Source of the DNA: the human T2T-CHM13v2.0 reference genome, Homo sapiens
DNA: 64,000 nt
NCBI RefSeq assembly: GCF_009914755.1
Contig: NC_060941.1
Direction: 5' to 3' (one strand)
Both the position numbers and the translations under genes were made by a program. Shown piece by piece: positions 29,234 through 47,817 of this stretch (position 1 is the first letter of the stretch; each line of letters starts with the position of its first letter). Under the pieces are notes generated by a model. That model made no database searches. It saw only the letters and a program-made list of their open reading frames with translations, and had not been told where the DNA came from.

Positions 29234-30199
29234 ATGTATCCTCCTTGTATTCTATTTCACTTCTGCAGACAAGAAGTGTGAAGCCCTCAGGAGGACGAGC
29301 TACTTGAATATAAAGCTTACCTGATTTTCTTCTCCTTTTTCATATTTCATGTTTCTTCATGATTCTGCCATCTTTGGATTGTTCTACAACACTATCAAAC
29401 AGTATATATTGACATTTGGTCAGTAGTTTATAATTGTTGTTGGTAGGATGGTTGTCTCATGAAGTGGTTCACGAAGAGAGGAGGTGAGATATTTAATTCC
29501 AAGAAAATCTGGCATGAACTACTTGGGGAATAAACCAATATCCAGAATTTGGGCCTCCCCTTGGTAGACCCCAAAACCTGATTATATCAGGTGGATCTAT
29601 TAATATTAACTAATCACAAGACTAACAGATAAAATTAGAAAGCCATTTTATTAATTTCCCAAGAAAAGTAAGAATTGGACCAGAGTCCTCACGGCTGCAT
29701 CATTGGCAACTTTCTTTTCCTGTAGGCAAGCCTACATGGGAAGTGAAATTACAACCAGGAGTTTGTTTGTTGAGCATAAAATCAGAAAAAAGGCAGTTGT
29801 TTGGATGCTTAATATAATCAAGCTAATAAAGCCTCAGGTATAGAGCTTCACAGAATGGGTAGCCCAGCAATGGAACCAGGCTCCTCCAAGTTCACGAGCT
29901 GAGCTTTGTCTTCTTCCAATGGCACCTGTTTATCTCTGTACCTCTCCTTTTTATGAACTTTTGTGGTTGTCCTGTAACTTTATCTAATGACACTATTCTT
30001 CGGTAAGAATATTAATAATGTTAACATTATTGAAGATGGTTCTGGCCTAGATGCCATTTTACCCTTTTCTTATAACTTTCCATACCAATATTTGCATTGG
30101 ATTCTGTTTTTATTCATTCAAAGTTCAATTCTAAGAAATATATTCTACTTCCATAAAGTTCAAACTTTTAGGGATGGTTTCATAACATTTTTCAAGCAG

Positions 30200-30290
30200 G
30201 GACTACAGTATCTACCTCTTTGGCTTTGAAGATTAAATGGGATAACATATGTAATGCTTCTGGCACTAACTTGATAAGCATTGAAAAAAG
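30200..30290 (+). mobile_element. MIR fragment
   Basis: gaagattaaatgggataacatatgtaatgcttctggcac. Confidence 0.6.
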
Positions 30291-30739
30291 CCTTTCGTTT
30301 CCTTCCCCTTACTTAATGAAAACAGGTGTTGAAGGAAACTCATCCATTTTTCTCCTGTATGTTCCCCATATGATAATCGTTTTCTTAAGTTTTGGCTGGC
30401 CAGAGAAATAAGGGTGCCGAAAGCATTTTTCAATCATAACTCTGGATGGAGATTAAAACAAAACAAAATCTTTAAGGCTTTTAATTACCAAGACTTATTC
30501 ACAAGACACTGGTAATCAGAACCTTACAGTACCTTAAATATCAGCATTGGAACATCATATGTTCTGGCTTCTTTTAATCATTAGAACATCTAAGCCAAAG
30601 CTCTCTGTGTTTATCTTGCTATGATCTTGGTGGTGAATTTTAAAAGTGAGCAGTCAACTCCATCAGCAGCAGATGTAAATTATACATATGATAACTATAT
30701 ATATATTATGACTCACATTTTATTTTATATACACTGATA

Positions 30740-31015
30740 TTTACCGTAATAGTTAAATGTCTGCCATATGGAAAACACCAGGATGATCACTTTAAATGTC
30801 ATTCCGTGTAATCCTCACAGTTCTATTCACTCAGGTTGGTTTTCATTTTCCAGATGAGGAAACTGGCACAGAGTAGGCTCTCTCTATAAGTGTTTGAATG
30901 AACACGTGGATGAGAGGGGTTGGAAACTTTCTCAAGATCACCTACCCAGCAAGTGTCAGGCCAGAATGTAGACCACTCATTTCTAGTTCTAAGGCCTGCA
31001 TTCATTGCACTGCTT
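30740..31015 (-). mobile_element. MIR, apparently interrupted by a short L2/MIR-end fragment
   Basis: cattttccagatgaggaaactg ... ctcaagatcacctaccc...tctagttctaaggcc. Confidence 0.6.
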
Positions 31016-32289
31016 CACAATTTCTCTTAACATATTTTTATCTTAACCAAGGTTTACAAAAATCATGGCTAAATGAATGATTCTAATAGTGAAGATCTGG
31101 GGACCTGGAACAGATTCAGAAAGAGCTATTTGGAAAGGAGAAAGCTTTTGGTGATGTCTGTCAAAAATAAAACCCACCTCCTCTTTGTCCTGTTTCCATA
31201 CCAGGAAAGATACATTTCCATGTGAACTTGTGTAATTTCATTGCTAACGCAATTATTATTTATACCATGGAAGAAAGAGTCTGGAAGCCTTGAGTCAATC
31301 ATAGAGCCGCTTTGGTCTTTAGTTTCCACATCAATCAGAGATGAGCATTAGCTCAGATTATCTTTAAGGTCTGAGAGTTCAGGGTTCCACACTTCAATCA
31401 CATCCATTCTTTTCTGTGACTGGCTTTCCCAGCTATGTTCTAATGGAACAGATTGACAACAGCAAACACAGAGTCAAATTTCCATTTAAAACACAGGTCT
31501 TGTTATTTTGGTACCAATTACAAGGTTATGGATCATGCTTAAAGGTGTTTAATATGCTGTAATGTTTAGACACACTTGGCTCCAACATTTATGAGGGCTG
31601 TTTGTAGCAACAAGAAGCATGCTCTCATTCCATAAGTATGCAAGACTGCAGTAAAAACAGTACAGATGGGCCGGAAAGAAAGAACCTCAAACTGCCTACA
31701 AAGAAGGGCAACAAGTGTTTTGGGCTGCACTGTGTTTTTACCTACTGCCAAATCTCTCATCAGCCAGAGCCTGTTTTATAGGGGCATATTTTGTTGTTGC
31801 TTTTTTAGTTTATTTCAATCCCTGATGTAGAGTATTTGTAAAAAATTGTGTGAAGGATTTTACGGCCTTGTATGACTATATTTTATTCAGGAGTTTTATA
31901 TATATATATGTATTTCTTAATGAGACCACAGTTTCTGGAGAGGGTTGCTGATTATCTCTTCTTACCAAACCAAGGTAACAGGTGGTAGAAAAGTGCCTAA
32001 GGATACTCAGTGATGCAATGGTCAAAGGATGGAAAGTGGTCTCTTGACTCCAAATATTGTAGATGTGTTGGAGTCCTGGAAGGATTGGATTCCCTAGGCA
32101 ACCTCAGCATATCTCCACGGAAAAACTTCTATCCAGATATGCTTTTAAATACCACGAAGGAAGTGAAATGTATAGTCCATTTAAGAACCAAATTCCTGGC
32201 TGAAGAACCAAATTAGATTCACAAGTAATGGGAATGCTAGGGGAAAAGACCAGCTTGCAAACGACCAGCCATGTGCATATGCCTGTAAC

Positions 32290-32351
<62 letters not shown>

Positions 32352-32555
32352 GAAGAAAGAAAGAAAGAAAGAGAAAGAAAGAAAGAAGAAAGAAAGAAAG
32401 AAGGAAGGAAGGAAGAAAGAAAAAGAAAGAAAGAGACAAAGAGAAAGAGAAAGAAGGAAGGAAGGGAGGGAGGGAAGGAGTGGGGGGGAAGTGAGGGAGG
32501 GGGGACTGAGGGAGCGGGGAGAGGGAGTGAGGAAGGAAGGTAGCGGGGAAGGAGA
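32290..32555. repeat. Compound (GAAA)n/(GA)n/(GGAA)n purine tract ending in a G-rich segment
   Basis: Direct reading. Confidence 0.97.
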
Positions 32556-32672
32556 AGACCCTCACTGGCTTGGTTGCAGGTGCTTGAGCTGAAGGCATCA
32601 TGTTGGTGGAGAAGCATGCAGGCATACAAGGACTACTAGTTTAGCATAAAGGGACTAAAACATATAAAATGT

Positions 32673-32676
<4 letters not shown>

Positions 32677-32726
<50 letters not shown>

Positions 32727-32737
32727 GAGAGAGAGAA
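32677..32737. repeat. (GT)22 followed by short (GA)n
   Basis: Direct reading. Confidence 0.97.
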
Positions 32738-32914
32738 ACAGCATCGTTAGAGGTGACAAAGATTGAAGGAAGCAGATGAAGTCAGCCTTAACGTACAAGG
32801 TTCAATTTAACTCAGTTAAACCTTTTCAGCATGCTTCCAGGGGTGGTGCTAGGCACTGGGGAGGCAATGCAAAACAAGGTATGATAAAGCAAAATAAGAC
32901 GTTTATCTTGAGAG

Positions 32915-33145
32915 CAAGCAAATGTCAGCAAACTATGGCCAGTGGGGCCAAATGGCTTTTTTAAAATACTGCCAGTGAACTAATTTTTTTTTTTTTTACA
33001 TTTTTAAGGGGTTGTAAAAAAAAATGAAAGAAAAATAAAACACAAAAGTTAAAAAGTAAAAGAGCATGCAAAACCATATGTGGCTTACAAAGCTTAAAAG
33101 ATTTTCTGTCTGGACTTTTACATAAAAAGTCTGCAGACTTCTGCT
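32915..33145. mobile_element. MER58-type hAT-Charlie MITE within L2 remnants
   Basis: tcagcaaactatggccagtggggccaaat ... tctggacttttacataaaaagtctgcagacttctg. Confidence 0.75.
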
Positions 33146-34464
33146 CCATAGAAAAGTCAGATTATTGGAAGTGAATTACAAAAAGACAAGGGCTAGAATG
33201 GGGTGAATGTGTGGTTTATTAGGTCCAATAGAGAGATGATTTACCCAGAGGCTTCTCAGAGGAAGTGGCAACTCACCTGGGATCTAAAGAATGAGTAGAA
33301 AATAGATAAAGAAAGACGTGGACCAGAAGAAACAATATTCAAAGCAAATGAAACAGCATGGGCTAGGTATAGAGAATTGATGGGTGTCTCAGAAACATAA
33401 ATGAAAAACGAGGAGTTGAAAGCAGTAAAGCTAGAAACTCAGATGGGTAAACTGGGATGTCATTTCTTCTTCCAGGTCCAGGTTTTATTATTCCTTGAGG
33501 ACTTAACCCCCAGCTCACAATCTGCTAGCAGTCAAGACATGTGTCTTGTCATGATGTCAAGGGAGAGTACTGAAGCCAGCAAAATGGTTGACTTAGAAAA
33601 GTGGGCCTGTAGATTTAGGTAGGCACAGTGTGTCCTTCAGCCTGTGACAGGCACTGGCCTCGTCAGCTTGCAGCAGTTTTTCTCCATTCATATTAGTCCA
33701 CTACCCAGACCACAAGGCTGCCAAATCCCTGAGTCATGTGAGTTTTTTTCCCTCTACCTCCCAAACTCAAAACCTCATTATCCTCTCTTTCTTCAGCTTC
33801 CTCAAGGAGACTGAGCTGCTTCTCTTTTTTAAATCCCTAAAACACAAAGATCTGATAAAACCCTCTTTTCTGGACAAAGATACTCCCTATTACTTTGTTT
33901 GTCATCAGCCACATGAGGCTTAGACTTAGGAGATATTGGTGGAAATAGTAGAAGGTGAATATATTTGGAAGACTTGCAGCAAATTTACATGCCATAGTGA
34001 CTGACTTAGGCTGTCAAGAAAATGTATCTTTATTTTCAATAATTCAGCTGGAGATGTGGCTCCAGTCCAGTCTGCCAATTTATTGTAGGCATTTCAAAGG
34101 AAACTAAGTCACTTTTGGGATTACGTGAGGTCATTTAATGAATGAACCTTGGTCAATCTGGGCTTCAACTAGGTTAACTGAGATTTCTCTTTCAAGGAGA
34201 CAGGCTTATGTTCATCAACACTCACCTGCTGGCCTCCGCTTTAGTAATCTTTAGTCATTGCTACCTATTCCTGTAGCAGAAACATCCACATTCTCCACTC
34301 CACTCTGATCTGTAGCTCTTGAAGTCACTCCCTGACCACAAACACTAGCTCTCAGCCAGTTCCGAGCTACGCTTAGGATATACAAAAAATATTCAGGGTT
34401 CTCCCGTGTCTCGTAGAAAAGTTTCAGACTCATTCTGTCCAAAGACATCTGATCATTCTTGCTT

Positions 34465-35370
<906 letters not shown>

Positions 35371-35653
35371 TTTTCAGACCTAAAGACACTTTTCTTTCAA
35401 TTTGCTGCCTCCTTGGGCTGCACCATTGAAACTGAAGCACGTTCTATTTTGTAAATTCAGCCGACCCATTGTCTATTGCTCTCAGAACCTAGAGCATAAA
35501 GGAACAGCATGTATAGCATAGAGACCAATGAGAATTTACAATATAGTCATGTTCTTTGCATTTCTATTCACATTAGCTGGCTAAACTTCATCTCTTTGAT
35601 AGGAAACACTAGACATGTCATTGTGGTTTTTTTCCTTCTCTATTTTTATAGTA

Positions 35654-36420
<767 letters not shown>

Positions 36421-38399
36421 TATACACTTCATGCTATGGGTACTCCATTCAGGGCCTTATTCGTCGGTACTCAAAGTTTCCCTCCAGAAAAGCCTGGATT
36501 TTGGAATAAAGATCATTCACTTTAAAGACTGTCTCAGACTTTATGATACTTTATGAATGTCAAAAAGATATTTCAAAGGCAAGCACCTGATTTTCTATTC
36601 TCAACTTTGATTAGCCCTCCTGTCGAAGACAGAGGATACCAAAAGCCAATCTTGTGTCCTGGATAGTGAGGAAAACAGCATGGAAAATACTTAACTAATA
36701 TCTTAAAACATTACCTTGCTACTCTTGGTGAAATAGAAACTAAAGAACTTTGTGATTCGTTGATTGATATAGATGCGAGTAGGAGAAGTGAAGAATGTGA
36801 CCAAGGTTTATAGCAATCCGTGGTAATGACTAGAAATCAGAAAGGAGTCCTGGTTAGTGAAAAGCATCAAGTTTGGTATATTTAGTTTAAGATATAAGGG
36901 TGATAAAAACCTTAAGATACTGATTGAGTGGTTGAAGTGATAGATTGCAGAATATAAACTGAAGGGACATGAAAATACAAATGGTAAATATTTAGGAGGA
37001 AGCTGGAAAATTCAAAAAATAGATGTGCCTGTGAGATTGAGAAACAGTTGTAGACTTTTACTAGAAGTCATATTGGAACCAATCCTTTTATGAACAACTA
37101 GAAAAGCTGGACAAAACGAGAGAAAATGCTACTGGAAGTTGATAGAGAGATGAAACGAGAATAAAGAATGATTGAGCCAGGAGTAAAGTAGGATGAGCTT
37201 GACATTTGGAATCACTTCTTACCTGAGGGCTTTGTTGATTCCCAAGGAGGCAGTGGAGAGGCTAAATTACTGAGCAGTCTTTTTAACAGCCTTGTGGGCC
37301 TTGGGGGACAAATATTAGAGTGAGAGTTGTAAAGCTGCTAAGATGGGGTGCCCTGGTGAAACTCTTTAATTTGTTTAGGATGCCAATTGGCTTTATCCTT
37401 AGAGGAGTCATTAGCCAGAAATAAATAAGTCTTCCAAGGATGTCACCACAACCTGAAATCCTCTCAATTCTTGAAATTAGTGAGTTAATTGACTGTGTTA
37501 TCAGTAACGCTTCTAGTCAACTGTAGGCTACTAGTAATTAAGTCTTTGGTTATTGAAAAATTATATTCAGATTTTTTACTGCATTGGGCAGGGATCAGTG
37601 GCCCTTAGCACACACTTACAAACAGAATACATGGTTGCAATTTCAGTTCCACCCATTACTTTGGATAAGTTATTTCACTTTTCTGCTATACTGACCATAT
37701 CTGTAACTTCAGCAGAGTAACATTTTTAAAAGTTGGGAGATATCAGCCCTAGTACTTCCCTCATTTGTTCCTTCCCACTTTCAAGCAAATATATCATTAT
37801 GTGCTTATTCTCAAAGAAGGAATATGAGAGAAGCAAGTCAATAAACAAGAGTCTTCTCACAGTGTTAGGGTTTCGAAACATATATGTTCCTAAAGAAATA
37901 GAAAATATTTTTGATGAACATGACATATTTAGCAGAAAACCTCATAGTCTTCTCTATTCTTTTTTCCTTCAGATTGGAAAATGATGCTTTGGTTTGTAAG
38001 GGTAAGACATGAAGGAAGGAAACTAGGAGCCCCCAGTTACAAGGGCAGTTGGGAAGTCCCAATGAAAGTTGTCCAAGCTTGAAGGAGGCAGTAAAATATC
38101 AAATAGATTTGTGGGATGTGAGAACAGAGGGGTAGAGCTATAGGGAGGCATCTGGATCCCAGAGATGAATGACTGCATGGTGTACCTAAGACAGCCTTAT
38201 GGCATATAGGCTAAGAAAAAGGGTTCTTTCCCCCAGCATGTGCCTGGGTATCAGAATGACTCCTGCTCCTAGCCAAGTGGCACAGAGACACCAGCGAAAG
38301 CCACCAGAGGTGAAGGCCAGGAACAAGGATGTCTCTAGAGACCTGCTGATGGAGACCAGAGAGTTGATCATCTGAGGACATGCCATTGTGCCAGATTGC

Positions 38400-38575
38400 A
38401 TTCTTTAGCTCATTTAATTTTTATAAAAACTCATAAAATAAGTGTTGTTATTATTATTTCTATTTTATAGAGAGGGAAACTACAGCTTAGAAAAATTAAA
38501 TGATTTATTTAAAGTTATGCAGTGATGGAGACAGTATCTAAATCCAAATCTGCCTGGATGCAGAGACCATATTCT
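38400..38575 (-). mobile_element. MIR
   Basis: ctcatttaatttt...attttatagagagggaaactacagcttagaaaaattaaatgattt. Confidence 0.75.
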
Positions 38576-38959
38576 GAAGCAAGGGCCTGTGCCTTAGACA
38601 TTTGACTTTTGATCCTAAACCCACTGTATAAGAATGGGTTATTGCACATCTTAGCTTCCTTGGTACAGATGGCCAAACCTCTAATAATTTGCACAATCTA
38701 AGAAACTTATCTTAAGTAACTTTCTTGAAGGAGAATAAAATTCATCCATTTAATCCCTTTAGAGTGCTATTATGTAAAACTATATAATAGCCTTGGTTTT
38801 ATGCTTTCCTAATTAATACTGTCTCTGCTAATAAATTTCTACTCCATAAAATCATAAGTGCAATCTTTTAGCCTATACAAATGTAAGCATGTACCAAAAC
38901 CTTTCAAATACATATCAACATTATAAACCTCCCCCAACCCCAAATGGAAGGACACATGC

Positions 38960-39735
<776 letters not shown>

Positions 39736-40150
39736 AGAAAACCTTGTGTATACACTCACTTGACCACAAAATCCTGTAAGCCTGATTCCCTGAGAAATTA
39801 GGGATCCATGGTCTGAATCTTGAAAATTGATCTCATAAGAATTGATCAATCCATAGTTCACCTCAGTGTCCATCTTTATCATGGATATTGCTTATCAATC
39901 ATGTATTAGGAAACAAGATAGAAGGACTAGACTGTGTTGTTGAAGAATGAACACTATGTATGCATGTTTTATACATAATGTCCATATTTATGTATATCTT
40001 TTTTAAATAAGTATATAATATAAATACTATATATATTATATATTTATATTGATATCTATGTAGCTATCTATATATAACTTTTTAAGATTGTTAAGTATGT
40101 AAAACATGCAAAAGTACATAAAACACAAATGTATAGTTTAATGAATTATC

Positions 40151-40519
40151 TGATATGGTCTGAAGGTTTATGTCTCATCTTCACTCCTAAATTCACATGT
40201 TGAAACCTAATCCCCAATGAGAGGATATTTAGATGTGGTGCTTTTGGGAGGTGATTAGGTCATGAAGGCAGAGCCTTCGTGAATGGGATTAATGCCCTCA
40301 TAAAAGAGGCTCCAGAGAGGTCCCTCATGCCTCTGCATGAAAGATTACGTTCAAAAGACAGTTGCTATGCACCAGAAATGAGCCATCACCAGACGTCAAA
40401 TTTGACAGCTCCTTGATCTTGGACTTCCCAGCCTTCAGAACTGAGAAATAAATGTATGTTGTTTATAAGCCATTTAGTATATGGCATTTTGTTATATCAG
40501 CCCAAAAGGACTAAGATTA
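40151..40519 (+). mobile_element. MLT1A-type MaLR solo LTR inside an L1ME 3' fragment (~40075-40680)
   Basis: tgatatggtctgaa...ttgatcttggacttcccagcc...ggactaaga; 5-bp TSD ttatc. Confidence 0.85.
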
Positions 40520-42307
40520 TTATCATAAAGTGAAATCCATGTTTTCAGTACACCACCAAGATCAAGAAATAGAACAATGCCAGCCCCTAGGAGCTTTCAC
40601 ATGTCCTCTCACTCATCAGAAACCTCCTCTTCCTTAAAGACATCTTTAAAGATAACCTCAAGACTGACTTAGGATAATCATAAAAATATATTTTTAGATA
40701 GAAAACTTGGGTTCTAATACCATTAGTGTCTCTGACTAGTTGTGTGATTCCGAGCAAACAATTCAATCTCCCATGTATGTAGTTAGAAAATTTACATTAT
40801 ATATATGCATATAATATAAATTTGTGTGTGTGTATATGTGTGTGTGTGCATATATGTGTATGTAATGAAAATCTCCAAGTAAATGGTGTGTAAGATTGTT
40901 TCCAGGTTTTAAAGTCTACTTTCTATGTGTGAGTACATAATTATATTTTTTGATTTGTTTGTTTTAATCCTTAAATGTTCTTCCTGGTAAGTTTTAATAT
41001 CCTGAATAATAATAATAATAGCATAACTAGGTAAAATAACTAAAATTCTGCATCAGACATATGGTTTGGTTCATTTAGAAATAAAGTAATAAACCTCATT
41101 TAATAATGTCACTCTTAAGTGATGAATTTTTATGCTTAATGCTCCAGAAAGAAATGGTCTGACTTCTAAGTTTGTTTCTGGATCTGCTACCTTAATTAAA
41201 TCCCTGGTGTCTAAGCTCCATTAAAGTGGCCAGGCATGAAAGATACCTGGTTTGTTGCACTAGATAATTGAATTGTGTCAAGAGAAGAATTGGCTCAATG
41301 AAGTAGTGTCAATGCTTTTTATCACTTACCCTGAAGAAACTAACTTTAATTATTGTCTTTACAGAATAACTTGGAATTTTCAACAAATGGCTTTCTTCAA
41401 ACAAGGCTTTATGACTTTAAAAACTAGAGTCAGAATGCTACAAATAATTATAAATATGGATCTATATTTTACATAAGAGCAGTAAAAGAAAAGAGATGGG
41501 GGGAAAGGTTTCAGGAAGAGGAAAGAAGGCAAAGCAGTGGAAATGAAGGCAAAGAAGGGGGAGTGAAGACAGAGAAAAGACCCATGAGGGAAAAGAAGAG
41601 GAAGGTGGAAAGAGGGTTTGATATACTTAGAACTAGACTTATTAACGTTAACCACCTAATACATCTCAGGGCTTGCCTCCAGACAATGGATAGTGGAAGA
41701 AATGCCCTCCTTTTTATTATTGCCCTATGAATTGTCAATTAGTAATCATCCTCTGAGGAGTTTTTTCAAACTTCCTTCTTTACTATGGAGGTGCCACATT
41801 GTTGACTCTAACTTTTGCAAACCCAATTATGTATGCACATCAAAAAAAGAGAAGAAGAAACTACTCTTTTGGTGGTAGGCGTGATTCCACCCACATTTCA
41901 TCCAAAAAGTATATTCTGGAGAGAATGTGAGGAGAGAAATGTGGCTTTGCAATTCCCTCCCATGTGAGCATGAGTGTGAACATAATGTTTAAAGGTACAA
42001 AATTGTATATATCATGGCTTTTGTTGCAAATGGAGCTCTGCTGAAGAAAGAGCAATCTGTTCCATTCACGGAGGAGGAAACTGGCCATGTTGGGCTTAAC
42101 AAGACCCCATGCTGGTCTTCATCATGGCTCCTTCCTATAGAATTTTCAAGGACAATTTGCCTTACATTTTTATTTTAGATCTTAATTTCTTCTTAATATA
42201 TGACATCACTTAATTGTTAAAACAGAACCTGTATAGTCTCTGGAATTTTGAAACTGTTTGAGAAAAGAAACAAAATTATAGAATAATAATATTTGAAATA
42301 GATCTTA

Positions 42308-42597
42308 GGCTGGGCACAGTGGCTCACGCCTGTAATCCCAGCACTTTGGGAGGCCTAGGTGGAGGATCGCTTGAGCTCAGGAGTTCGAGACCAGCCTCGG
42401 CAACATAGGGAAACCCTGCCTCTACAAAAAATATAAAAATTAGCCAGATGTGGTGGTGCGCACCTGTGGTCCCAGCTATTCAGGAAGCTAGGTGGGAGGA
42501 TTGCTTGGGCCCGGGAAGTAGAGGTTGCAGCGAGCTGAGATTGCACCACTGCACTGTAGCCTGAGCAACAAAGTGAGATCCTGTCTCAACAAAAAAG
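42308..42597 (+). mobile_element. AluJb-like element
   Basis: Full dimer, ggaggatcgcttgagctc. Confidence 0.93.
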
Positions 42598-42812
42598 AGA
42601 TCTCAAGGGTCAGTTAGTATTCTCTCTGCCTCATAGAGCAAGCCATTCTATAACAGCTCCTTCAGATGGCCTGCCAGCTTCCTAATTACCTCCTAGGCAA
42701 GTAGTATGATTGCTGCAGTATCTGACCATTGGTTACTGTGCCCTCTTATTTGTGGGGCTCCCTCAGTTACCTGAGAGTTTATGTTTTCTTGCCTTAAATT
42801 TTTCTTTTCTGA

Positions 42813-43100
42813 TTGGGCATGGTGGCTCACACCTGTAATCCCAGCATTTTGGGAGGGCTATGTGGGAGGATTGCTTGAACCCAGGAGTACAAGACCAGCC
42901 TAGGCAATATAGTGAGGGCCTGTCTCTACAAAAAGTAAAAAAAAATCTAGCTGGGCATGGTGGTGCACACCTGTGGTCACAGCTACTCAAGAGGCTGAGG
43001 TGGGAGAATGGCTTGAGACAGGAATTCAAGGTTACAGTGAGCTGTGATCATGCCACTGCACTCCAGCTTAGGCAACAGAGAGAGACGTGACTCAAAAAAA
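42813..43100 (+). mobile_element. AluJo/Jr-like element
   Basis: Full diverged dimer, gagctgtgatcatgccactg. Confidence 0.92.
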
Positions 43101-43349
43101 ATTCTTTTATAATTTAAACAAAATTAGTACATTTTGCTACTAATAAGAGGTTATTATCTTCAGACTGCTGTATTTCCTTTTCAGACTCTTTGGGTTTACC
43201 AAAGATCTTCTTAAAGTCTGGTAACTTTAATGACAAGAATTATCTGCATATCATGTGAACATTGGAGAATCACATGGCCCCACCATTTCCTCTGATCCTG
43301 CACTTTCTTTTCACATAGTGTAAAATGTCATTAACGTATTTCCTACTTT

Positions 43350-43757
43350 TAGGTCCTGGCAACCACTGATCTAATTACTACTCAAATAGCTTCACCTTTT
43401 CCAGGATACCATCTGAATGGAGTCATACAGTATTCAGTGTTTTGAATCTGGATTCTTCCACTTATCAGAACAAAGTTGAAATTCTTTGATGTTACTGCAT
43501 GTATCAGTACTTCATTCTTTTTTATTGTGGAGTAGTATATTCCATTGCATAGAGGTACCACAGCTTATGTATCCACTCATCAGTGGATGGACATTTGGGT
43601 TGTTTCCAATCTGGGGAACTACAAATAAAGCCATTATAAACTTTTGTATACAGTCTTTTGCATGAAAAAAAAAGTTTTTATTTCTCTTAAGTAAATACCT
43701 AAGAGCGCAAGGACTGGATCATATGGCAAATGTATCTTAAAGATATAAGAAATTTTC
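43350..43757 (-). mobile_element. L1MB/MC 3' region fragment (resumes briefly after 44710)
   Basis: ggcaaccactgatct...ggacatttgggttgtttcca; continues as aaactgttttccaaagtgg. Confidence 0.8.
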
Positions 43758-44708
<951 letters not shown>

Positions 44709-45359
44709 AAAGAAAGTTTCAAACTGTTTTCCAAAGTGGTCTTGCACCAGTCCAGGGACTCCTCTTTGTCTGCATCCTCTTTTCCTCAAACTAGGCAGAA
44801 ATTCAAGTCAATAACCATTTATCGGAAGCCTTTCTGGTGTCAGTCATTGTGCTTCCCTTTAGGGGGTCAGCCTTACTCAGGGGTCCAAAAACTTTACTCT
44901 GAGCTTTAATACAAATAACATGAAGTAGTGTTTGAAAAAAATACTTTTGTCTCTAATTCTTCAGTTTTTGAATGAAACTTTCTCCAGAGATTTATCTGTT
45001 AAATTATCTTTCGTGGTACTTTTCCCCCTTTCTATTTCATTGCACCCTTGAGGAGGAGCAGGAGGGATGGTGGTCAAAGCTAATGGTCCTGTGGGACCAT
45101 AATCCCAGAGAATGTGGTTTTCACTTTGATGAAGAAGCATCTTAAAGGGGCAATCCTCATATTGGTTGTGTCTTTTTACTTGGTTACTGAAACTGTATCT
45201 TCTTTTGTTATCCTTTCCCCCCAATGTTTGGCACTGCTTGGTTGCTCTTTTATGACATATCTATATTGAGGTCTTAGTCTTTGGAAATTCCACTAGGCTA
45301 TTTTTGTAAGATGGACCTAGGGCATCTTCCCCTGAGATACATTCTCTCTGTGAGAATAA

Positions 45360-45600
45360 CAACAATAACAACAACAACAATATAAATAGCAAAAGGAATT
45401 GTCAGTTATCAGGCTTTATGTGAAATGCCCTACATACACGTATTTTATTTAACACTCACAATAATTCCATAAAACAAGTGTTTTGTCCACATTTTATAGA
45501 CAGGGGAACTGAGTCCTAGAGAAAGGAAACACTTTCACAAAACCATAGAGCTTCCATAGGGCAGAATTAGAATCCATGTCCACAGCTGTCTGGTGATAAG
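45360..45600 (-). mobile_element. MIR
   Basis: atttaacactcacaataattcc...cattttatagacaggggaactgagtcctagaga. Confidence 0.75.
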
Positions 45601-45759
45601 GCAAGGATTGATGGCAACATTACGACTTTAACCCGTCTCCTATGCTGCTTTCCAAGCCAAGGAGAAATCAAGGAAGTTTCCTTGCACAGGAAGGCCTGAA
45701 ACTGCTCAGCTCACTAAAGCCGGTGATTATTCTAAGTTTGAGAGATAAACTTCATCCAG

Positions 45760-46160
45760 AATACTAGATAGCTTTTGCTGTATAATGTCAACCACAGAAT
45801 TCTACAGGACTAGGATTAACAAGAGGTGAGCTAAGCACTTTGCTGATTATGGCTGGGTTTGCTCTTATGTCTGAGGGTTGTCTAATGAGTGATCTGATCC
45901 TGTCTGGCTACTACTACTAGGGCTAGTAGGTGACTTGGCTTTGCTTCCTGTGTCTCTTCTACCATCAAGCTAGCTTGGGTGTGTTCTCATGGTGATGGCA
46001 CAGGCAGGAGAGAACAAGTCCCAGCGAACAGCCCATTTCAGAACTCTGCTTGTGCCAATATGCCCACATCCCATTGACCAAAACAAACCATATGGCACAG
46101 CTTAGGGTCAAGGGGCAGAATCAGTCACCCACAGAAGTGGAAGGGTATGGACAAAAGAGT
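45760..46160 (-). mobile_element. MLT1G/H-like MaLR LTR
   Basis: gcttgggtgtgttctcatggtgatggcacagg...acatcccattgaccaaaacaaaccatatggc. Confidence 0.65.
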
Positions 46161-46169
46161 AGGGTGCTT

Positions 46170-47817
<1,648 letters not shown>

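Noticed and set aside
32104-32629. 173-aa, 130-aa and 88-aa low-complexity ORFs
   Set aside because: Artefacts of translating the (GAAA)n purine tract.
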